NCBI GenBank assembly: GCA_000165425.1
Contig: CT868052.1
Coordinates: 372,001 to 436,000 of the forward strand
Reading direction: 5' to 3'
Source: Paramecium tetraurelia
Lineage: Eukaryota
DNA: 64,000 nucleotides
Positions 1 to 13,611 of this stretch are shown here, in pieces. A program made the translations under genes and the position numbers. The notes beneath the pieces are model-generated. The model made no database searches, had not been told where the DNA came from, and saw nothing but the letters and a program-made list of their open reading frames with translations. Each line of letters begins with the position of its first letter. Position 1 is the stretch's first letter.

Positions 1-577
1 TCTTTATTGCCAAATGGTCTATTGTACACTCCAGCAATAGTTTATGTAGAGGAGAGATGATGTAGGTTCTTAGCAAGTGACTCAAATTCAGTTCTTGCCA
101 ATTGTTCTTGTCTCACTTTCAATTACTAATTTTCATCAACTTCCACTTTCTTCAATTCTTCTAAGAAGTCTTGATTTTTTGTTTTTAAGAATTCCAAATA
201 GGCTTTCCTGGTAGACCAATTGATATAATATTTTCTGTAATGATAACCTCTGAAATGTCTTTGGATCTGAGTTGCATGATAACTGAAATATTTAATATTC
301 CTTTCATTGTATCTAGAGTCGTTGTTTCGTTTCATTAGCATTCTAGCTATATATCCACGAGCAAACTTCTATATAATAACAGTTGACTATTTAATCAATT
401 TAATACATATCTGATTTTTATGTAATGAACTCTTAATTTATGCATTTTATGCCAAGCTTAAATCTTGGTCGAAGCCTTGATTTCAGTCACTCTATTCTCA
501 CCACTCAACTTGGCCTAATGGTAATACAATTCCACGATTGACTGGAAATTGTTTTGGATTTGCTATTGGTATTGCAT
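1..577 (-). CDS. IQ-motif protein, SPATA17-like (3' end runs off window)
   Basis: Code-6 translation MQYQQQIQNNFQSIVELYYH...KIQAWHKM...TQIQRHFRGYHYRK contains IQ motifs; short intron near 390-410. Confidence 0.7.
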
Positions 578-664
578 TTTCAATTATTATAATTAATAAT
601 AAATGTTTATGCGTCTTACATTAAGGACTTTAGTTAAATCCGACTGAAAATCTAAGATACACAA

Positions 665-1225
665 ATGTAAATTATTTTAAGGACTTTCATCTCTATAACT
701 TAGAATCCAAATTAAGACACTAATTATTAATGTTTAATATCAAAAAGTCATCAAACTCAGAAGAGGAATACATTGCCAAAGTGTTAGCAACCTTCCTCAA
801 GATTCGGCAATAAGAGGAGAAATCAGTCACTCTACAAACAGGAGGAAATCAACCATTTACACAGTCTTAAATTGGAATAACAAAAAATGGAAAAGCAGAT
901 CTATGTTAATCTAAAAAAGGAAAACTAACAACCTAAGACTAATGAAAAGAGAGAAGAACCAGTTAAACCAGTTAAATCTTCGACAACTGCCAAGATCAAA
1001 GGAGACAAGTATTCAGAATATGGACTCTTCGAGAACGGGGCATTCACTTGTTTGAAGTGTTAAAGCAGAGTTAAAAGAACATAAGATTTACTCAAACATT
1101 GGACTATGTAGCATGGAAGATAGGCAATACCAAGAAGAAAGAGGAACTTCGTTAATGAGGATACTTAATGCGTCAAAAAGATATCTTAGGAGACTCTCAA
1201 ATCAGAGGCTTAATCTGACTTATGA
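665..1225 (+). CDS. C2H2 zinc-finger protein
   Basis: 187-codon code-6 ORF containing FTCLKCQSRVKRTQDLLKHWTMQH; start provisional. Confidence 0.65.
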
Positions 1226-1274
1226 ATTGTATATAAATAATATAAAATATATCATAAATTTAAATTAATAACAG

Positions 1275-3180
1275 ATGTCAGCTACCTAAACTCTTTATAA
1301 CTACTAATGTACCAACATGGAACATAAGGCACCAATTACTAATTTTTGTGCTTGTATTGACTGTCTAAAACCTCTGTGTCCTGAGTGCATCCAAGATCAT
1401 TACTAATATCACATTTCAGCCAAGACACCAGCTGCCGTCTAAAGCATCCTTAATACTAGAACCAATTGTGAAAGAAAGATTGCAAAAGCAATTGAATAAT
1501 TGAAAAAAGTAACTTTATTAGATTTCATAAAAGGAATATGAATAATATGACATTCAATACATTTTCAACCCTGATGAAATACTTACTCAAGAAATCTCCA
1601 GGATGAATGATGTCAAGTTGCAGATGTTTGAAATTATCAACATCTTTTTTAAATAGTAAGAGAATCTTCTCGAAAACAAAGTGAAAGAAAACCAATTAAA
1701 AGTAAATTCATTTATGATCTTTCCAGGTTAGAAACATCGGAGGCATATTCCAAAAGATAGATTCAGTTATTCAATAACTGGAAATGTTAAGAAATAATCT
1801 TCTGACTAGCCCCGATCCATTCACTCACTTTCATAAAGCGTGTAGACTAGACGTTAAATCTTTGCTTGATAGATATAAATCTGATTTGAAGAAATCTATC
1901 AAATCCAAAGAATTAGGCAATTAAATTTATCTATTTCTTAGATCCCATCAATGTTCACATCGATGAACACAAACTATTCAATCTTAAAAGTGAATTAAAT
2001 AAAATTGTCATTATTCAAACTGTCGATCATGAAGACGCAGCTGAAAATCAATCTGTTGTATCCAAAAATAATAAGGATTAAAGCATCAATTACAGTGCAC
2101 ATGGCCTATATGGATAGTAAATGAATACTGCTTAGAATGAACCGCTACATTTTTAGTAAAAACAAACCAAACCATAAATGTACAATGTAGGAGATCTTGA
2201 TGATCCCTTATATGGTACAATGGCAAATTATGACTTTTCAATTGTAAGTCCTAATTATTTTGCTGGCCAATCTGCATTCCTGCACTTCTTTATTAATTAA
2301 GCTAAAATAATAAAGATCTGTAATTTAGAAACCAAGCAATGGCTGACTCGTTAAATTGACTATCAAGTTCCAGGGTTTCATAAATCTATAGTTGCTCCTA
2401 ATGGTGATGTCTATATATCTGGAGGAGTGATCAATTCTAAAGACAATAGAAAAGATCCTATTGTTAGAAAATACACATTAGATGGCAAGATTCAATAAGT
2501 TGGACAATTGACTCATCCAAGGTCATCTCATTCTATGGTTTATTGCAATTAAGCCATTTACATATTGTGTGGCTTTGATGAACATAGCAATCTCACGTCA
2601 AGCGTAGAAAAGTACAACATTAGTACATAAAAAATGGAACAATGCGCTCCTTGCAATAAACCAGCTAATCAACCAGCTTGTTGTACTTTCAATGACAGGT
2701 ATATTTATAAGTTTGGTGGAAATGATGAAAATGGATAAATACTATTAATTATAGAAAGGTATGATACTTTTACAAAAAAATGGGAATATATCAATCCTGA
2801 AATTGATTCTTTGGAATCTTCCAAATTTCAAACTACCTTTCAATCTGCTTCTTGTGTCCAAATCAATTAAACTAACATATTTGTCTTTGGTGGCTACGAC
2901 AATGAGGATAGGGGAGTCCAATTCTCATTCCTTTTGAATTTTGAATAAGATATACATAAAATCCGCTAAGTAGACACCAGACCCTTATTATATCCAGAAG
3001 GGTTTTGGAACAACTAAGTAAATCAATATATTCTATAATTAGGTGATCATCCATGATCACAAATTGTATGTTTTATAGAACATAGAAATTGAAGGCAATC
3101 ATATTGATGAGAATAATAGATGCTTATTATGTTTTGATGGATATAGATGGAGCGAACTATAATATTAAAATTCTATTTGA
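1275..3180 (+). CDS. B-box / coiled-coil / Kelch-repeat protein
   Basis: N-terminal C..H...FC.C.DC..PLC.EC..DH...H, then a heptad-rich segment, then Kelch repeats (VYISGG, PRSSHS..IYILCG, YIYKFGG); several short introns. Confidence 0.8.
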
Positions 3181-3379
3181 ATTATTTAAATTTTTCATAA
3201 ATACATATAATATAATACCTATCCTATTCATATTTTCATTAGTTTTGTATATTTAGCCAATCTCTTTAAAGTTAGATGTAAATCATGTTGTCAAAATAAG
3301 ATAAGTTACAAAATATTATTTACTCAAGTAGATATTCATAAAAAACGATTATATGGATTTATAATTAAAATGATGATTA

Positions 3380-4139
3380 TCATGGACTTTCCCATTGATG
3401 TGAACTTTTTGCTGATCCACTTATAAATTTGGACTCGAATTCTTTTGGGGGAAGACTCTAAGCTAAATTGACTTTTTCTTTTGTTTAATTTTCTCTCAGC
3501 ATCGTCTACTGTAAATAGGAAAGTTCAAGCTATTCAATTTATTCTAATTCTCTTATTCTCTAATCTTAATCAATTTTCTCCTTGATAACTTTATCCTTTT
3601 CCAGTTCTACATCATATCTGATTTTATCTCGTCTATCTTTCAACTTATTCAACGTATTTTAGTTCGCTTGCTTCTCCTCCCATTTCCATTAAATAACTTT
3701 GTTCCTAAATGTATCATGATCCATATTTCTCTATAATTTTGTTTCTTTGAGATCATGTTTATGCCAATCTCTGAATTCTTTGACTTCAGTTTTTTTTCTA
3801 AATAGCATTTCTGACTTTATTTTTTTCAATGTCTCTCTCTAAGCTCTTGAGACACTCAATGAGAAAGGTGGAGGAGCCTCTACTTTTTATCTTATTTTTT
3901 CCTCTTTCTAAAATATTGAAAATCTAATTTTGTACTTTTATCTGCAATTCTAATCTATGTCTGTAGATATGCTCTGCTTTTTAATCTTCTGATTATATTT
4001 TTTTAAGTATTTTCTCTCGTTCTTATCTGATTTGATCGATTCTATTTTTTATTTTCATTGCTTCTTCTTCTGCATTCTTTTTCTCAACATAAGTAGTAAA
4101 CAAACTCTTATTACCAATTTTTGGTAATTCTCCTGACAT
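3380..4139 (-). CDS. Hypothetical coiled-coil protein
   Basis: MSGELPKIG...HQWESP*; K/E/Q-rich; one 28-nt GT..AG intron. Confidence 0.7.
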
Positions 4140-4221
4140 TTAAATATTATTATTATTATTTCTATAAAATTTGGTTATGCAAGTGGGTTTTGCATTACAA
4201 ATAAAACACACAAAATAAATA

Positions 4222-5369
4222 TCACATGAGTCTTTATATTTAGAGTGGTAATTCTAAAGAGGTTTCTAAACTGCATATTTCTGACTTTACTGAATGTTTA
4301 CGAAAGTTTTTGTCATCAAATTACTTATCAAATGGGATATGTTGATAATTTTTTTAATGGGATAATTTTCTACTTTGTATCGTTGTTTAACTGTTCTAAG
4401 AGCTGAGCTTCTTTCCTAGACTTAAGAACAACGGGCAATCAGATATAATTTTATCTTATGATCCCTTCAATGCCATCAACATCGATTTTAATTACCTATT
4501 CTTGGTTCCTTCTTAAGCTGTTTATAAGATATCTTTTCTTTCCTTTTGTCTTTGCAATTTTTTCAATTTGAATTCCCGATCAAATTCCAATTGATCTTAA
4601 TCGAATTCCTTCATCAAGGTCTATTAAGTGTTTCTAATCATGCGAATCATTTGGGAAGCATACTTTTTATACTCTTTATTTTATTGGTTAAATTTCAAAA
4701 CAATCTAAAATATGGCGATTTTATTTACATTCAGTTTATTTGGAGACTAAGATTTAGATTAAGCATTTTCTGAAATTTCTTTAAAATTATTCTATAAAAT
4801 TGGAGAGATAATTAATTAATCTTAGACTCTCAATGAATTCTTCTGATCTCCTTCTTCTAGTCCTTGATCCAATTCAAGTATACAATTATTATGGGTTGAA
4901 CCCTGAGATTTGTGTTTCGTATTTATTTCTGGTTAAGTATGATTAATATCGAAAAGTTCTAAAAGGGATTATGAATTTTAATACTTTTTACACTCAATGT
5001 CTCCTCGATTTTACTTAGTTGCCTCAAAGGGGATATAGAGTATTTAGTGTCCACGTTTGTATCTTTCTATTCAGTTATAGAAATATGTTGTGAAATTTTC
5101 GAATGGGACATATTTGAATCTCCCTGTGCAAAAGAATTAACTTGAAGGTACTTTCTAATTGAATATGCCTGTTCTAGCTATAATTCCTTGTTTCTTTTCA
5201 CCTTTCTGTTATTGACTTTATTCTATAAGTGTTGTGAAAAGAGATAATTCGTGTTTGTAATTGATCCTTTTTAAGGGGATTCCGTGGTTTTTAAACAAAT
5301 AGTTGGAAAATATTATTGCTGTTTTTTCTGGGGAGATAAAGATATTTGTGAATTTTAGGATTAACTCAT
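4222..5369 (-). CDS. Hypothetical low-complexity S/Q/K-rich protein
   Basis: MSQSQNSQISLSPQKK...LPLQIQRLM*; long code-6 frame, internal introns not fully resolved. Confidence 0.6.
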
Positions 5370-6159
5370 TTTTAATTCTTAATTGAATTAAATTATAAAT
5401 AATTACTGTGAGAATATAAAGATATCATTTACATTATTTTATAGTCTCTTAATCTACATTTTACAATTTCTAAAATTTAGTGTTATTTCAATTAATACTT
5501 TAATAATGAAATAATACCCTCGTATTTTATTAAAATACATAAAACACATATAATGTATTCTACTTTATTGATAATATCAAATTAGAACGTCTTGTAATTT
5601 TTCTTTGTTTTAATTTTAGGGATTCATCACTAAATTGATGTACTACATTACATCAATAATCTTAACTATTTTTATTGCATCATCACTTCCTTTTTATCAT
5701 TTTATAATATTACTTTTTATACTAATTAAACTAATTGGTTACTTCAAAATGAATGAACTTTTATAAAATTTCTAATTTTAGTAAGAATAATAACATTGAA
5801 TACACTTTGTCTATTTATCTATGTATATTTACTTAATTAACTGAATCAATATATCCTTAAGTATATCTTTTGTATTATCTTTTATTTTATTATTTTATCC
5901 TAACACTATTCATCTATATATCTGCTGATATTTCAATTCATTTTCTATTCTCACCTTATTAGTATCTAATTTTAGCCATAATTCTATAATTCTTTCATAT
6001 GAAATTATAGTAGTAATTTTATCTAGAATTCTCTTTCTTTTTTAATTGAATAATATTATTCTTTCATTTTGCTCTCTTATATCTAGATTATGCTGATTGC
6101 ATTCTATTCAAATAGTCTTTTAATAAGATTTTATCTATAATAGATTCTATTAATGTAAG

Positions 6160-6885
6160 ATGTCTACTATACTAAGTAATAATATTTTAAATTCAATGAT
6201 GAATTACCTTGCAAAATACATAGCGCTAGTTTTCTAACAATATTTCTTAAAATCCCACAGAAATGCGATTATTACTTATTTTAATTAAATGATAAATATA
6301 AATAAACAAATTGACAAAGAATATTTTACATACCTCAAGATTGTAAAGGAGACATTGACATTTATTCTTCCAAGTTCTACAAAATATGAAGAAAACTTTC
6401 AATAATTAAAGGTGATGATTGGAGATATACATATTGTGATTTTATAATTGACAAATTGGTTGATCTTCTATTACTCCGATGCAAAGGGAGAACCAAATTA
6501 ATTTAGTTTAAATATTAGCAATACATTATAACCTTAAGTACAAAATTACTTCATTCGTAAGAGTAATTTGTAAGGGATGCAGATTTATTATAAGGAAAAG
6601 TAATTAAATAAATTAGAGATTTTAATCAGAAACAGGATATTTTAGGAGTAGAAAGAAAATGTTTTAGTTAAACTAGTGAAGAATAGGGATATTTCAATTC
6701 TGATATATGGTTATTTGAAGCGAATAGACATGATGAATTTGGAATTGAGTTGTTTCAATGTTAGAGAGTTCTTTGTTGAGAATAGTTATTGGTATTTGTT
6801 GTATGAGTGGAAATATGGATTAACTGGATTCAAATTGGATGCTTTTAGTTGGAAGAATAAATTTATTTTGTTAATGAGATGTTGA
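6160..6885 (+). CDS. Hypothetical ORF or remnant of a decayed gene
   Basis: About 240 codons free of TGA; upstream frames broken; isolated intron-like GT..AG at 5594-5619; no recognisable motif. Confidence 0.3.
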
Positions 6886-7042
6886 TTTAAATATTAATAT
6901 TATATTATTATAAATACATCTGAGAAGGGTTATTTTAATACTGATAGGATGAATGTATGTATGATGTAGTGATAAATGGAACGAATTTCAATTTATATTT
7001 ATATATAATAGTGAATTATTAGATCTTGTAATAAATATTTTA

Positions 7043-8378
7043 ATGAATTGCTTAACACATAGCGGTGTTTTTAAATCATTATGGACTCGTCCATTGTATA
7101 GAGCAGGCAATTTGTATACTTGGGGTGCTCACAGTTTAGGATGTGGAATCAATCATGATTCATAGAGTGATCAATTAAGACCAAGGAGAATTGATGCTTT
7201 CAATGGCAATGTTTAAAAAGTATACCCAAGTGAATACTTTACAGCTGTGATTACAGGTATTGATATTTAAATAGATGATAAGATAATGGTGATTTGTATA
7301 CATTTGGTAACAACAATTATGGATAATTGGGATTGGGCAACACTGAAGAACAATAAACACCATAACTTGTGAAATACTTTAGAGATAAGGGATTAAAGGT
7401 TGTAGATGTAGCATTGGGATCAAATCACGGAGTAGCTTTGGCTTGTAATAAATATAAATAATATGACAGCTGATGGGAATGTTTATACTTGGGGAAGTGC
7501 AAATAATTCATTTTTAGATTAATTATTATGCAGACCTAATGGATTAGGCGATAATTACGCCAATAATCTCCTTTAACCATAAGTTGTAGAGAAATTGGCT
7601 GGATCACCTAAAGGTAAATTTGTGAGTGCTGGCATTAACTACTCAATTGTGGTGAATGAAAACAACCAAGTCTATGTATGGGGAGCTGGTAAAAGAGGAG
7701 AACTTGGTAATGGATGCAGTTTGAACTTCAAATATCCTGAGTTGAATCCCATTTTTGAATAATTAGCTAAATCTGGCTGACACAATCTAAAAAGATTAAG
7801 TCATGCTTTGCTGGAACATTGGCATTATTAAGTAATAGCATATTATTACAGATCTATTTTCAGATGAAGGAATTGTAGTAGGATGGGGAAGAAGTTATTA
7901 TGGTTCTTTGGGAGTCAGATAATAAGAATATGTTGTCACAGATTTAGTAATAATAATCTTTAATCATTAGGAAAATTACTCTCCCACACCAGTGAATTTG
8001 AAGTATTTCCAACCCAACGAAAAGGTTGTGGATTTCGATTTAGGATATAATCTTTCTCTCTTCTTGACTGATTAGAATAGAATCTATCTGTCAGGCTATG
8101 ATGAGACCTATGTACCAAGACCTATTGACCTTCCAAAAGACGAGAAGATTCTTAAATTCTCTGCTTCTAATAACAGCTTTGCCATTTTAACTGGTATGTG
8201 AAGGGATCTATTAATGTTAGATAAAAACTTCTATACTTCCAACGAGTATGTAATTCCTCAATAGAAAAGGAATTTGGGATTCTTGTTCAAAAGTCAACCA
8301 AGAGAATTGTTTGAGTCTACTAATATTGAACAATTTGGAGGAGGATATAGAGTCAGATATGCAGTCGTAAATAATTGA
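7043..8378 (+). CDS. RCC1-repeat beta-propeller protein (possibly mitochondrial)
   Basis: Repeats LYTWG, GDLYTFGNNNYGQLGLG, VDVALGSNHGVAL, VYVWGAGKRGELG; frame anomaly at 7778 (see findings). Confidence 0.85.
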
Positions 8379-8491
8379 TATAATGCCTACATCTTACAGC
8401 AATATAAAATAAAACATTATTCTGATTGTCACAGTATTATTACGAATAAATTTGAAAAAAAAATCAAATAAATTAAAAAGGATATAATTTA

Positions 8492-9106
8492 ATGGGTAAA
8501 TAATATGCAAGAGAGCCTGCTGTTGCAAAAAATTCAGCCAAAGCCAAAGCAAGTGATTTGAGAACTCATTTCAAGAATACTTATGAAGTGGCTAGAGCAA
8601 TCAAAGGATAAACCCTTGCCTAAGCCCTTAAATACATGCAAGACGTTCTTTAACATAAGAGATGCGTTCCTTTCACCAGATTTAATGGTGGAGTCGGAAG
8701 AACAGGTTAAGCTAAAGAATTCGGCAGATCTCAAGGTATTTGGATTGATTAATTGATTCATAGGTAGATGGCCAGAAAAGAGTGTTAGAATTGTGTTGTC
8801 CCTTTTATAAAACTTGGCAGCCAATGCTCAAGTCAAAAATTTGAGCAATGAAAAATTGATCATCAATCATGTCTAAGTCAATAGAGCTTAAAAGGGAAGA
8901 CGTAGAACCTACAGAGCTCACGGAAGAATCAATCGTATTTTAATTATTATTATATATTTTCAAAAGCTTTCCTATCATCAAATGCTCACATTGAAATTTG
9001 GGCTGCTTAAAAAGATGAAAATGTTAAAAAAGAAGCCAACAATAAGGTTGTTGCTCGTTAATCAAGAAAACAAGCTGCAAGATCTAAATTAGCTATTGGA
9101 GCATGA
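8492..9106 (+). CDS. RPL17: 60S ribosomal protein L17 (uL22)
   Basis: MGKQYAREP...HFKNTYE...GRWPEKS...[13 protein letters not shown]; introns 8736-8763 and 8935-8966. Confidence 0.97.
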
Positions 9107-9179
9107 GCATATATTAGTATAAGTATATTAAAATAAACAAATCGAACAATTAATGAATCTCTTTATTTATTCATACTAC

Positions 9180-10260
9180 TCAATTCTATAATGCACCCAA
9201 AGTTGGGAAATCATTTTAATCGATTGGGTCCTACTTAACTTATTGCTTTGGTGTTTTGTGGACTGTGCTTTTCGGAACCAATTGATATTGCTATTGAGAC
9301 TCCCCTTTTTAATAGTATTGCTAACATATATCAATTCGAATCCTTACATTATTTTATCTACTCCCATTGTTCCCATGTTTTCTATCAAATCTGCCCTTCC
9401 CTCTTGAATTTTTGTAATCTTCATTATCTTGCGAGTCCTATTATCCATAATTCTATCTTCCTCTCCCTTTTGAGTAACTGGAAGTTTGATAACCTTTATC
9501 ATGTCTCTCAATCTCCTCATCATAATTATCATGCTAATGAGGTTTCTTATTCTATATCATTGCACACTTCTTCAAGTTTATTTACTTATGGAATTCATCC
9601 AAGTAATCAACACTTTGCATCATGACAGAATCTATTTGCAATTTCGATTTGTTGGACATCAAATAAGTGAAAATCTCATCTGCACACTATTCACTCTGAC
9701 ATGTCAATGTCAATTTAATTAAGCTTTTATCAGCCTAATATATTTCTTCTTCAAACTATAATTATTCTCTATTCTATCCGGCACTTCGAAGTGATTCCTT
9801 TATATTACCAATATTGGATGCACTTGATTTTATTAGAATTCTCTTCCTTTCACTACGGAAATAGGGTCTAATAAGTAGAAGTCCGTGATCAAAGTTCCAC
9901 AATTAATTATTATACTTCTTCAGTATCTAAATTTATGCATTACATCATATTCATACAGCTGTTAAGATCAGATGATATTGTTTCCTATCATTCTATTCAT
10001 TTTGCACATATTGATTCTTAATTGAATTTTCCCTTTACACCACCACATATTATAACAAATAATGATCTGGTTTTGCAATGTCTGTTTCGAACTTCCTCAC
10101 CAAATATTCATTATTCAGCAAGTTCTCATATTTGAATAGCTCGATCATCTATAAAATTTAGTATCAATCATTACAGCTTTTTCCAGTCTTGAGAATTGAT
10201 CTTCGTACTAAAATATTTACACTATCTTACCTTGTCAGATAAATGTTCAGGGGAAATCAT
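9180..10260 (-). CDS. La-motif (LARP4-like) RNA-binding protein
   Basis: RLEKAMIELFKYENLLNNEYLVRKFETD resembles the La motif, followed by IRPYFRSERKRILI; RG-containing tail; ends NDFPTLG; at least 4 short introns. Confidence 0.55.
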
Positions 10261-10394
10261 CCTATGTTGATAATAAATTTTAATTTATTTTTCTAAGAAT
10301 ATATCATTATTTGAGAGACATCTCACATTGACATTCTCATTATATTAAAGAGATAATAAAAAAGAAATAAAAAATAAACCAAAACATAAAGTTT

Positions 10395-10976
10395 TCATTT
10401 CTTCTTTTTCTTGGCTTTAAGTTTGGCAGCCTTAGCCTTAGCCACTTATAAGTCCTCATACTTTTTTTTAACATAATCCACATATTTGCACATTCCACTG
10501 TCATCAGGGTCCATCTCTTTTAAAATATCCTTAACATCTTAAGCAGTCATCTTTTCTCCCATTTCCATTAAAATATATCTCATTTCAGCTGTTTGTACAG
10601 TTCCAGTATTATCCAAATCAAAAACACGAAATGACTATGTTCATATATATATGCATTTATGTACAGCCATTAACTCATCAATTGTATCATCGTCTTTGAC
10701 TGCTTTAGTTAATATTTTCATCATTTTCATGAAATCGATAGTGCCTGTGGATTCAGGATCCAATTCTCTCATGTAATTGTCCAACTCTTCGTCTGTAGGG
10801 TCTTGACCCAAATATTTCAAAATGTTAGCTAGAAAAGGTAACTTGTGATGTATAGTACCTAATTCCTTTGTTGATACAGTGCCCTTGTTATCTGTATCAA
10901 ACTAATCGAATGCTTCTTTAATGTCTTTCATTCTCTTTTCAGCAGGATCTATCGTAGTGATGTGTGTTTAAAGCAT
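10395..10976 (-). CDS. Calmodulin-like EF-hand protein with basic C-terminal tail
   Basis: IKEAFDQFDTDNKGTVSTKEL, LGQDPTDEEL, FRVFDLDNTGTV; ends KAKAAKLKAKKKKK; 2 introns. Confidence 0.88.
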
Positions 10977-11099
10977 GAATTAATAATAACTACAACCAAA
11001 ATAATTAGAGAATTAGAAATATTTCATATAAAATAGTCTTCTTATTATAAATTCTAGAATATTTCGAACACATCACTAATATTAAAATTAAGAATCTAT

Positions 11100-12370
11100 A
11101 TGAAAGGCATTTGCTGTTTACTTATTTTTGCTTTGGCAGCTACTTAATGCTTTGGTCTGTATGAAGCAGATTCAAAGGTCGTGAAATTGACAAAGGACAA
11201 TTTCAAGACATTAGTACTTGAATCGAATGAACCCTGGTTGGTTGAATTCTATGCCCCATGGTGTGGTCATTGCAAAGCCCTTGCTCCAGAGTATAATAAG
11301 GCAGCAAAGGCCTTGGATGGCATCGTGCATATCGGAGCCTTGGATATGACTACAGACGGTGAAGCTGGATAGCCTTATGGTGTTAATGGATATCCAACAA
11401 TCAAGTATTTCGGAGTAAACAAGGGTGACCCAATTGCCTACGAAGGGGAAAGAAAGAGGAATGCAATAGTTGATTACCTTTTGGATAAAGCAAGAGAATT
11501 TGCATTAAATAGATTGGGTGTGGAGATCAAACCAGAACCTTCAAATGATGATACAAAAGTCGTTGTTTTGACAGATGCCAACTTCGATGAATAAGTGCTC
11601 ACTAGTTAGGAGGCCTGGTTTGTTGAGTTCTATGCTCCTTGGTGTGGTCATTGTAAATAACTCTAACCTGAATGGAATAAACTATCTCATTAAGCAGACA
11701 TCCCCATTGCTAAAGTCGATGCAACTGTCTAGACTGAATTGGCGAAGAGATTTAACATTGAATCATATCCAACCATCTATTTCTTCCCAGCTGGAAACAA
11801 ACAAAACACCCATAAAAAGTATGAAGGAGAAAGAAATGCAGCTGCCCTCTTGAAATACATCAAAGAATAGAAACCAGTAGATGGATAATCACAAAAGGCT
11901 GGCTCTGATGTCGTTAACATCAAATCAGATGAAAGCTTAAATGAAGTTTGCAAATGTATCAATATTCTCCATAATAAAAGAACTCTGCGTCTTGGGATTC
12001 TTACCAGCTGACAAAGTCGAATAAGAAGATGCTGTCTAAGTCTTAAAGAAGGTATCATAATCTCTTTATTATGTTAGACTGCCTTGTCTCTCACAGGAAG
12101 AGCTAATGTTGGTTGGTTTGTTGGTGAAAAATTCGATGATTTCGAAGCTGAACTCAATGTAATTGGTGAAGGGTAATATCATCTATTAAATTGTTTAGAT
12201 ATCCTTAAGTCGTTGTCTTGGATTTGAGTGCTAAAAAGCATTATAGATTTAGAAGACAATTGACTGTTGAAAATTTGAATGAATTTGTTAAGGGAGTCAT
12301 CAAGAAAACCGAAACTGGACAATCATTCTCTAATTTACCTAAATTGAATGCTCAAAAAACAGATCTGTGA
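11100..12370 (+). CDS. Protein disulfide-isomerase, PDIA6/P5 type
   Basis: Signal peptide, two WCGHCK thioredoxin sites and a C-terminal non-catalytic domain; ends KTDL. Confidence 0.95.
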
Positions 12371-12436
12371 TGTATATTATTAAGTAAACAATATTTAGTC
12401 ATTCTTAAACCATTTCATCATTTTATATAATTTATT

Positions 12437-13023
12437 ATGTTACTTCTAATTTCTCTACTCCTGCTACATCAACCTGTTTTTTCAAATTTTGTGACTTGTC
12501 CACAACTCTATACTAGTAGACAGTCATGCGAATCTCAGAAGGGGTGCATTTTCTATGATTGGAAACAATCGAGTATTAAATACATATTAAATTTAGCATG
12601 TTATTATGATTGTCCATCCTATCCACAATAAGAATGTATTCTATTGTTTAATTGCAAGTGGGTGGATCAACAATGTCAATTCAAGGCTTGTTTGGATTAT
12701 TCAGAATAGGGTATATCATTAGATTTTTAACTATAGGACCTAAGACTTGTTCCAATACTCCTGGATGCAATTGGTACTGGAATAAATGTAGATAATAAGA
12801 TTGTCAAGATATTGGAGCATCTACTTAAGCTGCTTGTTCCAAAACTTATTGTGTGTGGGATGAAATTGGAACTAAATGTGTCAATAAAGCTTGCGCTGAT
12901 TATACAAAACCTATTTGCCAGTAATTAACTCAGTGCACTTGGAGTTCTGAAACTTGCACAGATGCCGTTTTCTCTAATTATGGCCAACTTTTAATGACTT
13001 TATTGATAATATTATTATCTTGA
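12437..13023 (+). CDS. Small Cys-rich surface protein (surface-antigen-like repeats, probable GPI anchor)
   Basis: Signal peptide MLLLISLLLL; repeated C...C.W....C units; hydrophobic C-terminus LLMTLLIILLS*. Confidence 0.8.
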
Positions 13024-13103
13024 ATTAAATGTCACTCTGTGCTCATTTGTTCTAATTTGCACAACCATTTTTCTTCAATTATTTGAAATGAAAAATAAAA
13101 ATA

Positions 13104-13490
13104 ATGCAAAATATTGATATTTACAGCACTAGAAATAGAAAATCAGAAGTAAGCGATGTTAGTGCTCTACAGGCTTCAACTCACAAGACTATGTTGCTTG
13201 AATTGTCGTTACCCAAAATTAATATTATTGTTCATTCATTTGAACCTAAGTTAAAGAATTTGATTAAAGCAGATGGGGATTAAACTGATATCAATCCTGA
13301 AACAGAGAGAATTTCTAAAAGATAAAATCATAGATTAGACATGTTCAAAAATGAAATTGTCAAAGGTTAGAAAACTCACAGGATTACATTTAGAGATCAA
13401 ATTGATGGACAATCTCTTCAATAAATCAAGTACTTTCATAAAGAACCCTAAGAAGATCTTGATGAATGTTGTCCTTGCAATATTTTTTGA
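13104..13490 (+). CDS. Small protein with RVxF-type motif and CaaX box
   Basis: Intronless 128 aa; DMFKNEIVKGQKTHRITFRD...; ends ECCPCNIF*. Confidence 0.7.
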
Positions 13491-13590
13491 TTAAAGACAT
13501 TGTTCTTTTTTGTGTTTAAGTCTTGAATAATTAATTTACTTTTATCGAATTTTTGATATTCTGAATTCAACATCTAATAAAATTGCATAT

Positions 13591-13610
13591 TATATATATA
13601 TATATATATA
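13591..13610. repeat. (TA)10 microsatellite
   Basis: Directly visible between two convergent genes. Confidence 0.9.
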
Positions 13611-13611
13611 A

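Noticed and set aside
8534..8824. Antisense ORFs in the track (also 11777-12058, 39940-40257, 63202-63420 and others)
   Set aside because: Shadows of real genes on the opposite strand, or wrong-frame reads under the wrong genetic code
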